A DNA stretch of 64,000 nucleotides from an uncultured Phycisphaerales bacterium (GCA_963758525.1 CAVWVQ010000003.1:2496001-2560000); one strand, 5' to 3'; positions 21,062 through 30,438 are shown, numbered from the stretch's first letter. A program made the numbers and translations. Notes: generated by a model from the sequence alone, not told the origin.

Positions 21062-22626
21062 TGACCTTACCCGATCTTCCAAGCCTGACGGATATTCCAA
21101 AGCTCACCGTGCACTGGATTCAGTTGCACATTCCACTGTGGGTCATCATCACCCTGGTGATTCACGGCGTTGTGCTGGGCGGCGTGGCCTACATGATTCT
21201 GCTGGAGCGAAAGGTCGCCTCGTGGGTGCAGGATCGTATTGGGCCCAATCGCGTGGGATTGGGCTTTGGGATCATTCCGGTCCTGAAGGATTTTCATTTC
21301 TGGGGACTCGGCCAGCCGCTGGCGGACGGAATCAAATTCATTGTGAAGGAAGATTACCGGGCGAAGGGAATCGATCTGGTGCTGTTCACGCTCGCGCCGG
21401 CCGTGATGGTCACCACGGTGATCATCAGCATTGCGGTGATTCCCTGGGGCGGCGTGATGCAGTCACATAACTGGGTCGATGTGACTGCCGAGTCGCATGC
21501 GGGGCAGGACCCGGCGCAAGCGGCGATCGACTCGCTGCCAAACGGGGACTACGCGGTTCCCGCGCATGATGTCAATTTCGCCGCGCTTCCAGCTTCGGAG
21601 CGGGCGGCGGCGCAAACGCAAGCCGTCCTCGACGGCGTGGACGTCGAGCGCGTGCCGCAGATGCGGGGCCCGACGCATGTCATCGCCACGGTCACCTATC
21701 GCTATCCCTTTCAGATCGCGAGTCTCAACATCGGCGTGCTCTATGTGTTGGCGACGCTGTCGCTGGCGGTGTACGGCGTGGTCGTCGGCGGCTGGGCCAG
21801 CAACAACAAATACTCATTTCTCGGCGGGCTGCGGGCCACCGCGAACATGATCAGCTACGAGATTCCGTTGGGGCTCTCCGTGCTTTGCATTGTCACGATG
21901 TACGGAACGCTCGATCTGGGAACAATCGTCAATCTGCAGGCGCATGACTGGGCGGGAATCGTGCCGGCATGGAATGTCTTCACGCAGCCGCTGGCATTTT
22001 TGATGTTCCTGATCTGCATTCATGCGGAAGCCAACCGCGCCCCGTTCGACATGGCCGAGGCCGAGCAGGAACTGGTCGGCGGATATCACACCGAATACAG
22101 CTCGATGCGATTCGCTTTGTTCTTCCTTGCCGAGTACGCGGGAATGGTCACCACCAGCGCCGTCTGCGTCGCGCTGTTCTTCGGCGGCTGGCATCTCCCG
22201 TGGGGCCTGACCGCGGGCATCGACAAGGCCCACCCCGAGATCACCACCAGCTTCGCCATGTGCATCGCCCGCACGATCATCTTTTTCGGCAAGACGCTCT
22301 TCATCATCTTCGTGTTCATGTGGGTGCGCTGGAGCCTGCCGCGATTTCGATTTGACCAGCTCATGATGCTCGCCTGGCGAGCGCTCATCCCGCTCTCGCT
22401 GGCGATGGTGCTGATGACGGCCATCGTGATGTACATGATGCGGGATCACGCGCGTCCCAATTTGTATATTGACGGACACTATGCCCTGGTCCTCCTCTGC
22501 GCCAATGTTGTATTGCTGGCGCTGTCGATGATCATCACGCGGAAGCTTCCGCCGCCGCCGGAGACGAATCGGAAGATTTTGATTCCGAACAGCAGGTACG
22601 CGCGGACGCCGCTGCCGGCGTCGTAA
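21061..22626 (+). CDS. nuoH: NADH-quinone oxidoreductase subunit H with a loop insertion
   Basis: ERKVASWVQDRIGPNRVG, QPLADGIKF, GWASNNKYSFLGGLR, ISYEIP, NRAPFDMAEAEQELVGGYHTEYS, PRFRFDQLM; start overlaps the nuoG stop. Confidence 0.95.
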   Translation: MTLPDLPSLTDIPKLTVHWIQLHIPLWVIITLVIHGVVLGGVAYMILLERKVASWVQDRIGPNRVGLGFGIIPVLKDFHFWGLGQPLADGIKFIVKEDYRAKGIDLVLFTLAPAVMVTTVIISIAVIPWGGVMQSHNWVDVTAESHAGQDPAQAAIDSLPNGDYAVPAHDVNFAALPASERAAAQTQAVLDGVDVERVPQMRGPTHVIATVTYRYPFQIASLNIGVLYVLATLSLAVYGVVVGGWASNNKYSFLGGLRATANMISYEIPLGLSVLCIVTMYGTLDLGTIVNLQAHDWAGIVPAWNVFTQPLAFLMFLICIHAEANRAPFDMAEAEQELVGGYHTEYSSMRFALFFLAEYAGMVTTSAVCVALFFGGWHLPWGLTAGIDKAHPEITTSFAMCIARTIIFFGKTLFIIFVFMWVRWSLPRFRFDQLMMLAWRALIPLSLAMVLMTAIVMYMMRDHARPNLYIDGHYALVLLCANVVLLALSMIITRKLPPPPETNRKILIPNSRYARTPLPAS

Positions 22627-22747
22627 GGTGCTGAACAAAGACGCGCGACTGTTGTGCTCGTGCGGTTAGAACACGGCCCTTCGGGCGGCCGCTAAACGGG
22701 AGTCGAGAGCGCGGTCGTCGCGCGGGATCATTAGAATCGGAAATCCC

Positions 22748-23284
22748 ATGAAAGACGCTGATATCAAGGTCCTCGAAGAACCCACCCTGTCGCTGTCGGA
22801 TACATTCTATCTGCCGCAGGTGCTGATCGGGCTGGGAACAACGATGAAGCACATGTTCAAAGTGGTCGCGCTTGGGAAGGACCGCGTTATTCAATACCCC
22901 GAGGAAAAGCGTGAAGACCTGCCAGTTGAAAAGGGCGGCATGCTGCAGCAGACCTATCGCGGCGTGCATCGGTTGAACAAAGACGAAGAGGGGCGCGTGA
23001 AGTGCGTCGCCTGCTTCATGTGCTCCACCGCGTGCCCGGCGAAGTGCATTCACATCGAAGCTGAAGAATCCCCCTGGCCCGATCGCGAAAAATATCCTGC
23101 CAAGTTCGACATCGATGAGTTGCGCTGCATCTACTGCGGCATGTGCGAGGAAGCCTGCCCAGTCGACGCCATCGAGTTGACGCATGTGTACGACATCGTC
23201 GGGCTCACGCGTCAGGAAATGATCTTTGACAAGAGCAAGCTGCTGAAGGTGTACGATCAGACCGTGGCGGCCGAGCCGATGTGA
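22748..23284 (+). CDS. nuoI: NADH-quinone oxidoreductase subunit I
   Basis: QYPEE, RGVHRL, CVACFMCSTACP and CIYCGMCEEACP (two [4Fe-4S] motifs). Confidence 0.96.
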   Translation: MKDADIKVLEEPTLSLSDTFYLPQVLIGLGTTMKHMFKVVALGKDRVIQYPEEKREDLPVEKGGMLQQTYRGVHRLNKDEEGRVKCVACFMCSTACPAKCIHIEAEESPWPDREKYPAKFDIDELRCIYCGMCEEACPVDAIELTHVYDIVGLTRQEMIFDKSKLLKVYDQTVAAEPM

Positions 23285-23434
23285 AGGGGTGCGATCGGGC
23301 GGAGCGGGTGCGTCGCGCGATCAGACGTAACTCAGATTGCGGGAGTGGCGGAGTCGACCGGCGCGAGGAAAATTACCCCTGAGTGGCGGCATGGCCGGCG
23401 CGAGTCTGCGGCGAAACAAGAACGAGGGGCGATT

Positions 23435-23971
23435 TCATGGCGCACGTTGAATCGCTGAGATGAGCCTCTCGGTTCCGTAGACGATATGGTCGGCGAGTAC
23501 CTGAAAGCGGCGGACATCAGTATCGGAAAATGATCCCGACTCTGCCGGAGCGCGCCAGCTCCCATCGAGGTTCTGGTAAGGATACTCTGTATTCCGCGGC
23601 AAGAGCGGTTCTTCGTCGGCCCGTGCTCTTGGCGCCAGCGCCATTAGGGCACCGATCTCGCTTTCCCATCGCGGAGAGAAGAGTCGATGGATTCGCGATT
23701 GAACCGCGGCGTTTTCGCCTGTTGGACGGTGCAATCGATTCAACGCGTTCAGCAGCTTATCCACGTCATGAGTGAATTTGATGCGTATCGATGCCAGGCT
23801 CGCATCGCGCACCGCGGACGCGAGGGCTTTGATCGCCTTCTCCACGGCCTGTTGCTGCTTGGCGATCGCCTGGCAAAATGTACGAGGATCGGGAGGGTCG
23901 AACACGCGCAGTGCCGCGCGCCGGTCGGCATCCGCCTGCTGCCACCAAACGGAAGCACCGGGCTCAGCCAT
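23435..23971 (-). CDS. HEPN domain protein
   Basis: WWQQADADRRAA...QQQAVEKAIKA...THDVDKLL matches the HEPN signature (W..A..D; QQAxEKxxKA; THD); C-terminal EYP sits where RYP usually is. Confidence 0.8.
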   Translation of the reverse strand: MAEPGASVWWQQADADRRAALRVFDPPDPRTFCQAIAKQQQAVEKAIKALASAVRDASLASIRIKFTHDVDKLLNALNRLHRPTGENAAVQSRIHRLFSPRWESEIGALMALAPRARADEEPLLPRNTEYPYQNLDGSWRAPAESGSFSDTDVRRFQVLADHIVYGTERLISAIQRAP

Positions 23972-24374
23972 CGATCAGCTCGAGAAGGCCGCGATGCTGG
24001 GGATCAACCCAAAGAACGCGCGCGCGGTCATCGCGCACCGCCTGCCGAAGTTCCTCGACCAATGGCCAACGATCGCGCACGCCCGCGCGCAATTCTTCAG
24101 GATTGCTCAAAATTAAGTGGAGCTTATGGCCTGCAGGGAGCGGGAAGTCGGCAGTGGAGTGGAACGACACTTCGAAGAGTTCTCCGTCAGGATCGATCGA
24201 GTTGCTTCCAAAATTTTCGATGACCTCAAACACAAAAACATCACCCGCATCGCGCGACGGAGCATACAAAATTGCCAGCAGCAACGGCTCCGATTTCAGA
24301 TCGCGATGATTCTTGATCAGGCTTTCAACCTGAGGGAGATATCCTGGGGTCCATGGAGCGGCTTGTTGCGTCAC
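23964..24374 (-). CDS. Hypothetical protein, probably a degenerate MNT-fold partner of the HEPN gene
   Basis: Overlaps the HEPN start by 8 bp. The segments LAILYAPSRDAG-DVFVFEV...LHLILSNPEEL...RVLW parallel the MNT pattern IILFGS.ARG-SDIDLLVV...VDLIV.TPEE...GKVLY. Confidence 0.55.
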   Translation of the reverse strand: MTQQAAPWTPGYLPQVESLIKNHRDLKSEPLLLAILYAPSRDAGDVFVFEVIENFGSNSIDPDGELFEVSFHSTADFPLPAGHKLHLILSNPEELRAGVRDRWPLVEELRQAVRDDRARVLWVDPQHRGLLELIDG

Positions 24375-24455
24375 GGGAGTTCTCGATCCGAATTTCGGAA
24401 TTTTAGCTGGGTCGCCGACAGGCGTCCATCGGCGCTGAATGGAGAACGTCGAGAG

Positions 24456-25475
24456 TTACTTGCCCCCAAGTCTCTCCGGCAGAATCGGCGAATCCCACCC
24501 GGCGAGATCCTCCGGCTTCACGCCGGCGGCACGCTTGGTTTTGCCGTTCCATGTCGGGCGGTAGGGGCCGACGAAGCTGATGTCGGCATCGGGCTTAATG
24601 GCGGATTCCAGCCCGACTGCCCAGAACGCGGCATTGACCAGCAGGCGGCGAAATCCATCGTTGATCAAGTCGCCCGAACCGCCGCAGGTGGTGGTGAACA
24701 CGCGGCCCTCTTTGCCTGCTTCACTCTTATAGGTTCGGACCCATGCGCCGGGCATCGGCTTCTTGGTCGGATCGACCGGCGAGTCGGGAGTCATCCCGAT
24801 CAACGGCTGGGCCATCAGCAGAATCTCACTGCCTTCGATCGGATTGGCGTTGTAGGCGCCGACTTCGGCCCATGCATTTTTCACGCCGATCAGGACCGGG
24901 TGCGCAGCCTGGTCCGGGACGATATCGAGCCGGGTGCTCGATTTGTGGTTGGGGCCGTAATGTCCGACCCACGTCTCGCCGAGGACCTGGCGGCCGAAGC
25001 CACCGGTGAAGTCCGGATCCTTATTCTGATAGTCATACTTCGCGAAGGCGCTGTCTTTCGGGTACCTGAACGCGTGGGTCGCGGTGCGCATCCCGATGAC
25101 GGGACCGCCGCGTTTGAGGTAATCGACGATAGGCTGCATCTGCTCCGGCGGGAGCGTTTGGAAGCGCGTGAAAATCACCATCAGATCGGCGGTCTTCAGC
25201 GCGTCGGTCCCGGGGATGTTGGGATTGCCCGGCTTGAGTACGCCGGTCGCGGGATCGACGCCGAAGAGGACCGCGCAGGTGAAGCCATAATGTTTGGCGA
25301 GAATGCGGGCCAGCGCCGGCAGCGATTCCTCCGAATGATATTCGGGGTCGCTGGCGATGAAGACAATCTGCTTTCCTTTGCCCGGCCCGTCTGTTCCCTG
25401 ATAGACGAGCGGGCCGGCAAATGAATTGAGGGCGGGTATCAGCAGGACGCTCAGGAGCGCGATGGTCCGGTTCAT
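24456..25475 (-). CDS. Secreted ThuA-like (class I GATase-like fold) protein
   Basis: Signal peptide; GKQIVFIASDPEYHSEESLP, ADLMVIFTRF, GMRTATHAF, GRVFTTT, FRRLLVNAAFWAVG. Confidence 0.8.
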   Translation of the reverse strand: MNRTIALLSVLLIPALNSFAGPLVYQGTDGPGKGKQIVFIASDPEYHSEESLPALARILAKHYGFTCAVLFGVDPATGVLKPGNPNIPGTDALKTADLMVIFTRFQTLPPEQMQPIVDYLKRGGPVIGMRTATHAFRYPKDSAFAKYDYQNKDPDFTGGFGRQVLGETWVGHYGPNHKSSTRLDIVPDQAAHPVLIGVKNAWAEVGAYNANPIEGSEILLMAQPLIGMTPDSPVDPTKKPMPGAWVRTYKSEAGKEGRVFTTTCGGSGDLINDGFRRLLVNAAFWAVGLESAIKPDADISFVGPYRPTWNGKTKRAAGVKPEDLAGWDSPILPERLGGK

Positions 25476-25550
25476 TCCAGGGAATGATCGGCGGAGAGGG
25501 GCGCGTGTGCAATAAGATGCGCAATTACCCTTCAGCGAGAGCGTTTAGTA

Positions 25551-25659
25551 CGGATCATGCTTCCGCTTACTGCGGGGGTACCGGATCATGCTTCCGCTTA
25601 CTGCGGGGGTACCGGATCATGCTTCCGCTTACTGCGGGGGTACCCTTCGTGCGCGGCTC
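25551..25659 (+). repeat. Three exact tandem 31-bp units ending in a full REP copy
   Basis: CGGATCATGCTTCCGCTTACTGCGGGGGTAC x3 (25551-25643), then CCTTCGTGCGCGGCTC. Confidence 0.95.
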
Positions 25660-25732
25660 ATTTGTGGGGCGGGGGGGCTTGTGTATCCTCCTTGGAGGAC
25701 TTTGCGGAATCCCCTTTTCTTGGAATTGACGC

Positions 25733-26248
25733 GTGGCGCTGGCGTACTTCATCACGTTTTCGACCTACGGCACGTGGCTGCATGGTACGTCCAAGGGCAA
25801 AGGCTCCGTTGATCGCGAACACAATCAATACGGGATGCCATTTGTTGAGCCGGATGAAGGTCGCGAAACGCAGTCACGCCAGAAGTTGAAGCAGGCGACC
25901 TACACGATGAGGCCCAGTGAGCGCGAAATCGTGCGGGATGCGATCGTCCGGCTATGCCGGGCGAAGGGCTGGCAGTTACTTGCGGTGCATGTTCGGAGCA
26001 ACCACGTACATATCGTGGTTGCTGTCGATCGCGATCCGGACCGCGTGATGAGCGACCTGAAGGCCGCGGCGTCTCGCGAATTGACCCGGGCGGGCTTCGA
26101 CGACGCGGATCGAAGACGTTGGACCCGCCACGGCAGCACGCTGCATCTGTTCGATGAAGCAACAGTGGCGGAAAAGATCGATTACACGCTGAATCGACAG
26201 GGCGCGCCCATGGCGTTTTACGATGGACGAACGAACGGAAACCTATAG
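25733..26248 (+). mobile_element. REP-associated tyrosine transposase (RAYT, IS200-like Y1 HUH)
   Basis: AYFITFSTYGTWLHG, HUH motif RSNHVHIVV, LKAAASR, RWTRHGS, catalytic Tyr in IDYTLNRQG; REP copies on both sides. Confidence 0.88.
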
Positions 26249-26404
26249 AGCCGCGCACGCAGCGTACTCGCGGAGTAAGCGGGGTTTGAGTCTAAATACC
26301 GCTTGCGCCGCCCGCTGACCGCGCGAGCACCTCGGGGATGCTTCCGCTTGCTGCGCAGCACAAATGCTTCCGCTTACTGCGCGAGTACGCTTCGTGCGCG
26401 GCTC
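26248..26404. repeat. Inverted REP doublet (REPIN-like) downstream of the RAYT
   Basis: GAGCCGCGCACGCAGCGTACTCGCGGAGTAAGCGG (26248-26282) is the near reverse complement of CCGCTTACTGCGCGAGTACGCTTCGTGCGCGGCTC (26370-26404); partial copies lie between. Confidence 0.85.
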
Positions 26405-26549
26405 CGCTTTGGACAATCGCACCACTCTTCAAGCTCGGATTATCGCCGGACGAGTGTTCAATTCCGTGCTCTTCGGGAGGGCTCGCGCCATCTTGCCGCG
26501 ATGACATCTTTTTCCCTGAAGGCGACGACCAGCGCGGGGGGAAGTGGGT

Positions 26550-27617
26550 TCAGCCAAAGGGCGTTCCGAGCCGGGTCAGAAATCGCTGGGCGTTGTCGTG
26601 ATACAACTTCTGGAGAACATCGTCCGGCAGCGCCAGTCCGCGAAGCTCGGGCTGCGCATCCGCGGGAAGATCCGGATCGAGAATCGGCGAAGGGCCGACG
26701 TAGGCGGTTTCCCACAGCTTGCGGTGCGTCCACCAGCGGCTGGCGAGAAAGTCGAATCGGCGGTCGTCGCCACTCACCTGGTCGGAGCCCCAGAGAATCC
26801 GATCCTGATTGCGAATGAAAAACTCGCGGGCGGCGTCCCGACGAACGCTCACTTCCCGGGCCATCCAGCGGGTCGCGCTGCAATCGAGCACGAGATTGGG
26901 AAATTTGTCGAGCAACTCCTGAAGCCGCGGGAGGTTTTCCGGATTGCCGCCAAGATGGGCGCCGCACCAGGGAAGATGTGGATAGGCGGCAAGCATGTCC
27001 TCCCACATTTTGTAGTGTTCTTCACGCGTGCCGTACTTCGCGGTGTCGGTGTATTTGCCGTGATACCAGAGATCGGGGTCGCCGATATGTGTCATCACCG
27101 CCATCTTGCGTGCGATGATTTCGCGGAACACCGGTTGGTATTGCGGCGCGTCGAGCCGCAGGCCGCGCATCACCATCGTTCCGGGGGCGCAGTGAAACTT
27201 CACGATTCGGCTGCCAAGGTTGTAAAACGCTTCGAGGCGTTGCAGCCAGTTGTCGATCCAGTTTGTCGAGGTGTCCTGCCAGCGCGGGATGGTGATGAAC
27301 TGCACTCGACCCGGCCAATCGCGGGCAAGTCCGAGAACTTCCTCAAGCGGGGTCATCGTGACAAAGCAGTCGATTCCATAGTGCTCCGCTGCCTCGAACC
27401 AGTCTTTGCCGTGGCGGGCGGCGAAAAGGTGGCAGTGAAAGTCGATGACCGGACCTCGCACTTTTGGCAGCGGCATCGGCCTGCGGAAGTCGATCTGAAT
27501 CCGATTGAATTCGGCTTCCTTGGCCGGAGCCATCGCGGGAATGCGTGGCGGCTGCGCAGGTGGAGGATTGGCCCCCTGCGGCGGCGACTTTTCGATGGTG
27601 GTGTCAATCTGGGTCAT
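26550..27617 (-). CDS. Amidohydrolase family protein (Amidohydro_2)
   Basis: VIDFHCH, VKFH, MTHIGDP, GAHLGG, LVLDCS, RILWGSD, KLYHDNA. Confidence 0.85.
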   Translation of the reverse strand: MTQIDTTIEKSPPQGANPPPAQPPRIPAMAPAKEAEFNRIQIDFRRPMPLPKVRGPVIDFHCHLFAARHGKDWFEAAEHYGIDCFVTMTPLEEVLGLARDWPGRVQFITIPRWQDTSTNWIDNWLQRLEAFYNLGSRIVKFHCAPGTMVMRGLRLDAPQYQPVFREIIARKMAVMTHIGDPDLWYHGKYTDTAKYGTREEHYKMWEDMLAAYPHLPWCGAHLGGNPENLPRLQELLDKFPNLVLDCSATRWMAREVSVRRDAAREFFIRNQDRILWGSDQVSGDDRRFDFLASRWWTHRKLWETAYVGPSPILDPDLPADAQPELRGLALPDDVLQKLYHDNAQRFLTRLGTPFG

Positions 27618-27766
27618 TGGACTGTTCCATTCATCTTAGGACCGAGAACTTCTTCGGAGCAGGCCGGGAGATTGATTGCGACCCGGGGCCTTTGTGGCAA
27701 TCTGGGGGCTCTTGCACCGGCCGCATCATACCGGCCCCGTGGGAATTATGCGGACGTAGATGAAGA

Positions 27767-27796
27767 TTGATATGAACAGGCGCGCGGAGGCATAAT
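27767..27796 (+). promoter_or_regulatory. Putative promoter giving a leaderless glycogen synthase mRNA
   Basis: TTGATA-18 bp-CATAAT-7 nt-ATG (27804). Confidence 0.5.
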
Positions 27797-27803
27797 AGGT
27801 GTC

Positions 27804-29882
27804 ATGGCGAGGCAAGGACAACGAACTGGCGGGACGCGTAATCCGGAAAAAAATTTGGGCCGCGGCCGGAGCTCGGCTCCGGCCCGCGTGATCATTCCCG
27901 ACGTGAGCCCAGGGGTCGGACATGATCCGGTTCCGGCGCAGCCGACGGCGGATGACTCAGCCTCGCACGCATCTGCCCCGATGTATCGGGAAGTTGCTGC
28001 ATCCGAAGAAGAGCCCCGCCTCGAACCCGAGACGCCGCTGCCGCCGGAACCGGCGGTGGTGGTTCCGCAGCAGCCCCCGCTGCTGTTTGAGATCGCGTGG
28101 GAGGTCTGCTGGCAACTGGGCGGGATCTATACCGTGCTGCGATCCAAGGCAGGGGCGATGCTGGAGCGATGGGGCGATCGCTACTGCCTGGTCGGTCCTT
28201 ACAACCCGAATACCGCGCCGCTCGAATTTGAAGAACAACCCGCCTACGGCTCGATCAAGGAGACGCTCACGCGGCTGCGCGACTCGGGTCTGCCGTGTTA
28301 CTTCGGCCGCTGGCTGATCGACGGACGCCCCCGCGTGATCCTCCTCGACTACCGCGCCCGATACGCTTCACTTGATAATGACAAATATTTGCTGTGGGAG
28401 CAGCACGGCATCGCGACCAATGCCGGTGACGGCGAGGTGAACGAGGTGGTGGCGTTCGGATTTGCCGTGGCAGAATTTTTCCGCCAGCTCACCGGCGTGG
28501 TGAAGGACCGCCCGATCCTGGCGCACTTCCACGAATGGATGGCCGGCGTCGCCGTGCCTCGCATCGCGCATCTGAAGATTCCCGTCGCGACGGTGTTCAC
28601 GACGCATGCGACGCTGCTGGGGCGGTACATCGCTTCGGAAAATCCGCATTTTTACGATCATCTTCCGTTCCTCGATCCCGAGGCCGAGGCGCGGAAATAC
28701 AACATTCTGTCGCGCTTCGCGATCGAGAAGGCGGCCGCACACGCGGCGACAGTCTTTTCGACGGTCAGCGAGGTGACGGCTTTCGAAGCCTCCAAGCTGC
28801 TGGGGCGGGAAGCCGACGTGATCATGCCCAACGGGCTGAACATTCGCCGCTTTGCCGCACCGCACGAGTTCCAGTATCTGCACCAGGAATACAAGGAACG
28901 GATTCACGCTTTCGTGATGGGGCATTTCTTTCCGAGTTATTCGTTCGATCTGGATAACACGATTTACCTTTTTACCAGCGGCCGCTACGAATATCGCAAT
29001 AAGGGCATGGACCTCTACATTGAGGCGCTGGCCGAGCTGAACCGCCGGCTGCGGCAGATGTCGAACCCGCCGACTGTCGTCGCGTTCATCATCACCAAGG
29101 CGGCGGTGAAGCACATCAATGTAAGCGTGCTGCAGAACCAATCGATGTTTGACGATCTGCGTCACACGTGCGATCAGGTGACCGAGCAGATGGGGCAGCG
29201 GCTGTTTTACTCTGCCGCGACGCATCGGATGCCGACGTTCGCGGAACTTCTGCCCGAAGACTCGCAAGTTCGGCTGAAGCGTGCCGTGCATGCCTGGCGA
29301 ACCAACCGCCAGCCCCTGATTGTGACGCACGACATGCAGGACGACGCCGGCGATCCGGTTCTCAAGCATCTGCGGCACCGCTGGCTGTTCAATCACGCCA
29401 GCGATCCGGTCAAGGTCGTGTTCCATCCCGATTTCGTGACGGCGACGAGTCCGGTGCTCAGCCTCGATTACGACCAGTTTGTTCGTGGCTGCCATATGGG
29501 AATTTTCCCCAGCTATTACGAGCCGTGGGGCTACACACCGATGGAGTCGATCGCGCTGGGGCTGCCCGCGGTCACCAGCGATCTCAGCGGCTTCGGCGCC
29601 TACACTCGGCGTCATGTGGAAAACCACAACGAGCGCGGCATCCTCGTGCTCGATCGGCGGTATCGCAGCTTCGACGACGCCGTGAATCAGCTTGCCGATC
29701 ATCTCATGAAATTTTTGCAATTGAGCCGCCGGCAGCGCATCGAGCTGCGCAACAACGTCGAGCGATTAGGCGAGCTCTTTGACTGGTCGGTGCTCGTACG
29801 TCACTACGACACCGCCCACAATCTCGCGATCGAGCGGAAGGGCGTCGTAAAGCCGGGCGTTGTGGAAGTCCGGGTGGTGTGA
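27804..29882 (+). CDS. Glycogen synthase, GT3 (fungal/animal-like) type
   Basis: LFEIAWEVCWQLGGIYTVLRSKA, AHFHEW, FTTHATLLGRY, SGRYEYRNKG, GCHMGIFPSYYEPWGYTP. Confidence 0.92.
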   Translation: MARQGQRTGGTRNPEKNLGRGRSSAPARVIIPDVSPGVGHDPVPAQPTADDSASHASAPMYREVAASEEEPRLEPETPLPPEPAVVVPQQPPLLFEIAWEVCWQLGGIYTVLRSKAGAMLERWGDRYCLVGPYNPNTAPLEFEEQPAYGSIKETLTRLRDSGLPCYFGRWLIDGRPRVILLDYRARYASLDNDKYLLWEQHGIATNAGDGEVNEVVAFGFAVAEFFRQLTGVVKDRPILAHFHEWMAGVAVPRIAHLKIPVATVFTTHATLLGRYIASENPHFYDHLPFLDPEAEARKYNILSRFAIEKAAAHAATVFSTVSEVTAFEASKLLGREADVIMPNGLNIRRFAAPHEFQYLHQEYKERIHAFVMGHFFPSYSFDLDNTIYLFTSGRYEYRNKGMDLYIEALAELNRRLRQMSNPPTVVAFIITKAAVKHINVSVLQNQSMFDDLRHTCDQVTEQMGQRLFYSAATHRMPTFAELLPEDSQVRLKRAVHAWRTNRQPLIVTHDMQDDAGDPVLKHLRHRWLFNHASDPVKVVFHPDFVTATSPVLSLDYDQFVRGCHMGIFPSYYEPWGYTPMESIALGLPAVTSDLSGFGAYTRRHVENHNERGILVLDRRYRSFDDAVNQLADHLMKFLQLSRRQRIELRNNVERLGELFDWSVLVRHYDTAHNLAIERKGVVKPGVVEVRVV

Positions 29883-29995
29883 CGCGAATCAGCCGAGCCT
29901 CTTTTGGCTGCGAGCACGCTACTATGCTGTTCCCAGCCGCTGGCTGTGGGCGCCAATGGTGCAATTATCAGGGATTGGAGTTGAGGAGTGACATC

Positions 29996-30214
29996 GTGAA
30001 AATGACAGCCGTCTATCAACGGGTTCAGGAAGGCTATATCGCTTTTGTGGAGGAACTGCCTGGGGCGAATACGCAAGGCGACACTTTGCATGAAGCGCGA
30101 GAGAATTTGCGCGAGGCGGTTTCCCTCGTACTTGAAGCTAACCGCGAACTGGCAGAACGGTCGCTCATCGGGCGAACTGTTACCCGCGAGCCGTTCGAGC
30201 CGGACGCCGCATGA
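29996..30214 (+). CDS. hicB: HicB family antitoxin (short form)
   Basis: TAVYQRVQEGYIAFVEELPGANTQGDTLHEARENLREAVSLVLE; GAGGAG RBS. Confidence 0.88.
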   Translation: MKMTAVYQRVQEGYIAFVEELPGANTQGDTLHEARENLREAVSLVLEANRELAERSLIGRTVTREPFEPDAA

Positions 30215-30438
30215 AACGGGTCGATTTGATCCGCCACCTTGAGGCGCGTGATCGAGGTAAGCACAGCGTCTATGTAAATCCAGCGAACAACCAAACCTCG
30301 GCCGTCCCACGGCATCGTGAAATCAACGATTTCCTGGCCCGGAAGATCTGCCCTGACCTTGCTATTCCAGAGTTGTACTGCCTGGGTAACGGGTCCTTCC
30401 TTAAGCGTATGCCTGCGGCTCGGCAGAAAATGCATTGA
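30211..30438 (+). pseudogene. hicA: HicA family toxin, apparently degenerate
   Basis: MKRVDLIRHLE...GKHSVYVNP...SAVPRHREINDFLARKIC. The usual GCxxxRE segment before GxH is missing, and the ORF reads about 20 aa past the usual end. Confidence 0.7.

Noticed and set aside
25551..25643. 31-bp repeat x3 as a CRISPR array
   Set aside because: The units are directly adjacent with no spacers, there are no cas genes, and the unit is part of the REP flanking the RAYT.
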